Part shown: one piece after another, positions 26,451-28,244 of the stretch
Position numbering within the stretch: position 1 is the first letter of the stretch
Layout of the letters: the number at the start of each line of letters is the position of its first letter
Source of the DNA: a virus
Lineage: Duplodnaviria; Caudoviricetes
DNA: 28,244 bases
IMG/VR virus record: IMGVR_UViG_3300049847_000465
Location: 1-28,244 of that record
Reading direction: 5' to 3' (one strand)
The notes under the pieces: generated by a model
The model's input: only the letters and a program-made list of their open reading frames with translations
The model's database searches: none
Told to the model about the DNA's origin: nothing
Translations under genes and position numbers: made by a program

Positions 26451-26659
26451 TGAAAACCTACCCTTTACCCGAAAATCTGGTGCAAGCCATCGTGATCAAC
26501 CTGAACCAGCAGCCAGCGCAGCAGTCACGCGGTCTGCTGAATGAGCTGGAGCGCATCTGTGTCTCTGAGGATGAGCAATCGGCTGATCTGGCCAAACAGG
26601 CTGAATTTGAAAAGTGGCTTGCTCAAAAGGCTCCCAAGCCCGAGGCAGCACAATCATGA
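26450..26659 (+). CDS. Small hypothetical protein (possible fibre assembly helper)
   Basis: 69 aa, TAATG-coupled, predicted helical. Confidence 0.55.
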   Translation: MKTYPLPENLVQAIVINLNQQPAQQSRGLLNELERICVSEDEQSADLAKQAEFEKWLAQKAPKPEAAQS

Positions 26660-26991
26660 TGATCAGCACCTTCAAGCTGCACCGCAACCACGGGGGCGTG
26701 GCGACTACCAATGGTCAGGAATGGCAACCTATCGCCTTCCCTGACTTCCTGCCTGCCGAGGCTGTCGCAGCTGAGTACGATAACTACTTCGGCTTCTACA
26801 CCTTGGCTGATGGCAACAAGGTAGAGTTTGACAGCCCCATGCGCCGTGCGGCACGCGAGTGGCTGCACGAGCAGGAGCCCAAGCGTGAGCCTATCAGTCA
26901 TCATCCTACCTTGCCCGAGGTCACTGAGCCTGTTTACCGGCCGCCTGAGCCGCCCGTGGCGCTTGAGCACAAATCGGAGTCAGTGGAATGA
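26656..26991 (+). CDS. Hypothetical protein
   Basis: ATGA-coupled on both sides, 111 aa with a Pro/Glu-rich tail. Confidence 0.6.
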   Translation: MMISTFKLHRNHGGVATTNGQEWQPIAFPDFLPAEAVAAEYDNYFGFYTLADGNKVEFDSPMRRAAREWLHEQEPKREPISHHPTLPEVTEPVYRPPEPPVALEHKSESVE

Positions 26992-27722
26992 TGCTGATCT
27001 GGTCTGGACGTAGCGGTGCCGCGCGCGAACCGTTAGGAGTTTGGACCTTGGGAGTGAAGCCTCAATTAACGTTTGAGTTTGATGGGCTTTCATACGATGA
27101 CTCAATGACTTCCAACTGGTCAACCTTGGGCGATGCAACAACTTCTCTCACAGCAGATCAAATCGCAGAATGTATCGCATGGGTCACTGCCCACAGCCCC
27201 TACCAAGCCACGGGTGAAGTCGTTCATGGTGTGGATGCCAACGGCAAGTATCTCGGCCTAACGCATCGCCTAAGCACGGCTATCGCTGCCGTAGCCCCCC
27301 ATGCCGCCCCCGATGCCCGTCCGCAATGGACATGGATCAGCAATGAGTGGTTATATGTAGCCACGCTAGCTGAGCGGCAGGAGAATGCTTGGGAGGCCAT
27401 CAAGCGCTTTCGTGATGCCAGGCAAGCGGGCGGTGTCAAAGTCGGCCTAAAGTGGTTCCACACAGACGTGGACAGCCGAATCAAACAGATCGGCCTGGTC
27501 ATGATGGGTGCCAATATCCCGGCTAACTTGAACTGGAAGACGATGGATGGCACTTTCACAGTCATGACACCCACAATGGCATCGCAAATATTCGGCTCAG
27601 TAGCCGCCTTCGATCAAGCCACCTTCGCCAAAGCCGAACAACACAAAGCCGCCATGCTCGCCAGCGCTACACCCGAAGCCTATGACTTCTCAACAGGCTG
27701 GCCAGCCATCTACGGAGAATAA
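26988..27722 (+). CDS. DUF4376-like domain protein (tail-fibre-associated)
   Basis: C-terminal WEAIKRFRD....GGVKVG.KWFHTD..SRIKQIGL...WKTMDGTF...AE.HK...YDFSTGWP. Confidence 0.85.
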   Translation: MMLIWSGRSGAAREPLGVWTLGVKPQLTFEFDGLSYDDSMTSNWSTLGDATTSLTADQIAECIAWVTAHSPYQATGEVVHGVDANGKYLGLTHRLSTAIAAVAPHAAPDARPQWTWISNEWLYVATLAERQENAWEAIKRFRDARQAGGVKVGLKWFHTDVDSRIKQIGLVMMGANIPANLNWKTMDGTFTVMTPTMASQIFGSVAAFDQATFAKAEQHKAAMLASATPEAYDFSTGWPAIYGE

Positions 27723-27723
27723 G

Positions 27724-28152
27724 ATGCATGTAGCGTTCTACAAAGGCCGCAAGCGCCTATTCAATCGAGTAGTGAGCTGGTGGACACGTGGCCCATACAG
27801 CCACTGTGAGCTGGTTATTGGTCGGGTGGGAGGCAACAACTTAAGTGTGTGTTGGAGCGCATCCTTCCTAGACGGTGGAGTACGTTGCAAACAAATTGAT
27901 CTCAGTGATGGAAATTGGGATATGGTGCCAGTAGCCATGCCTATTCAAGTAGATGCTATGGCTATCGACTGGTGGCAGCAGCACTTGGGGCAGCCGTATG
28001 ACCTACGAGGTATGTTCGGTATAGCCTTCAGACCGCTGATTCAGCGACGTGATAAATGGTTCTGCAGTGAGGCAGTAGCCGCCTCTTTGGGTATCCCTGA
28101 CGCTTGGCGTTTCTGCCCTAATACCCTGGCAGCTGCCCTACGTGGAATTTAA
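27724..28152 (+). CDS. Permuted papain-like (NlpC/P60, YiiX-like) protein
   Basis: His-before-Cys order: GPYSHCELV...GQPYDL.G...KWFCSE...WRFCPN.L. Confidence 0.8.
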   Translation: MHVAFYKGRKRLFNRVVSWWTRGPYSHCELVIGRVGGNNLSVCWSASFLDGGVRCKQIDLSDGNWDMVPVAMPIQVDAMAIDWWQQHLGQPYDLRGMFGIAFRPLIQRRDKWFCSEAVAASLGIPDAWRFCPNTLAAALRGI

Positions 28153-28161
28153 TTCCTCTTC

Positions 28162-28224
28162 GTGAAATAATATCGAGGTGTCATTTATCTCACCAAATGC
28201 TCCGATTTATCTCACGCCGCTACA
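28162..28224. repeat. Right end of transposable phage: putative transposase-binding sites and terminal CA
   Basis: ATTTATCTCAC at 28183-28193 and 28205-28215 (22-bp period), an inverted degenerate copy GTGAAATAA at 28162-28170, and the end ...GCCGCTACA at 28224. Confidence 0.8.
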
Positions 28225-28244
28225 CCATGCTCATGTTCGTCATC

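Larger units (their letters stand above)
1..28224 (+). mobile_element. Mu-like transposable (pro)phage, late region through right end (left part outside window)
   Basis: Mu-type gene order (gp25-26-27-28-29-F-G-I/Z-T-gp35-gp36-gp37), co-oriented and tightly coupled genes, and terminal repeats ending in CA at 28224. Confidence 0.93.

Noticed and set aside
24808-28152. Diversity-generating retroelement or invertible tail-fibre cassette
   Set aside because: No reverse transcriptase, recombinase, adenine-mismatched repeat pair or inverted fibre copy was found by eye in this window.

Overview
The window is the late (morphogenesis) half and right end of a Mu-like transposable phage or prophage, with all credible genes on the + strand. 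It opens with a four-gene accessory fibre module (234-3438), followed by a TraR/DksA zinc finger and Mu gp25/26-like genes. Next come the terminase subunits, portal, a MuF head protein fused to an ADP-ribosyltransferase domain with a small downstream ORF, gpG, protease/scaffold I/Z, a decoration protein, major capsid T and neck proteins. A non-contractile tail follows (tube, frameshifted chaperone pair, tape measure, lambda-like M-L-K-I-J tip), then a lower-GC side-fibre/accessory block. A transposase-binding-site-like right end terminates in CA at 28224, with 20 bp of probable host DNA after it. The most notable observations are (i) a MuF-ART fusion with a candidate immunity gene, (ii) a bead/rope/adaptor fibre cassette whose bead subunit carries an apparent Sec signal peptide, (iii) a helically phased element between terL and portal that may be a gyrase site, and (iv) a structured-RNA candidate downstream of the capsid gene. 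All family assignments come from motif recognition and synteny, not from database searches.
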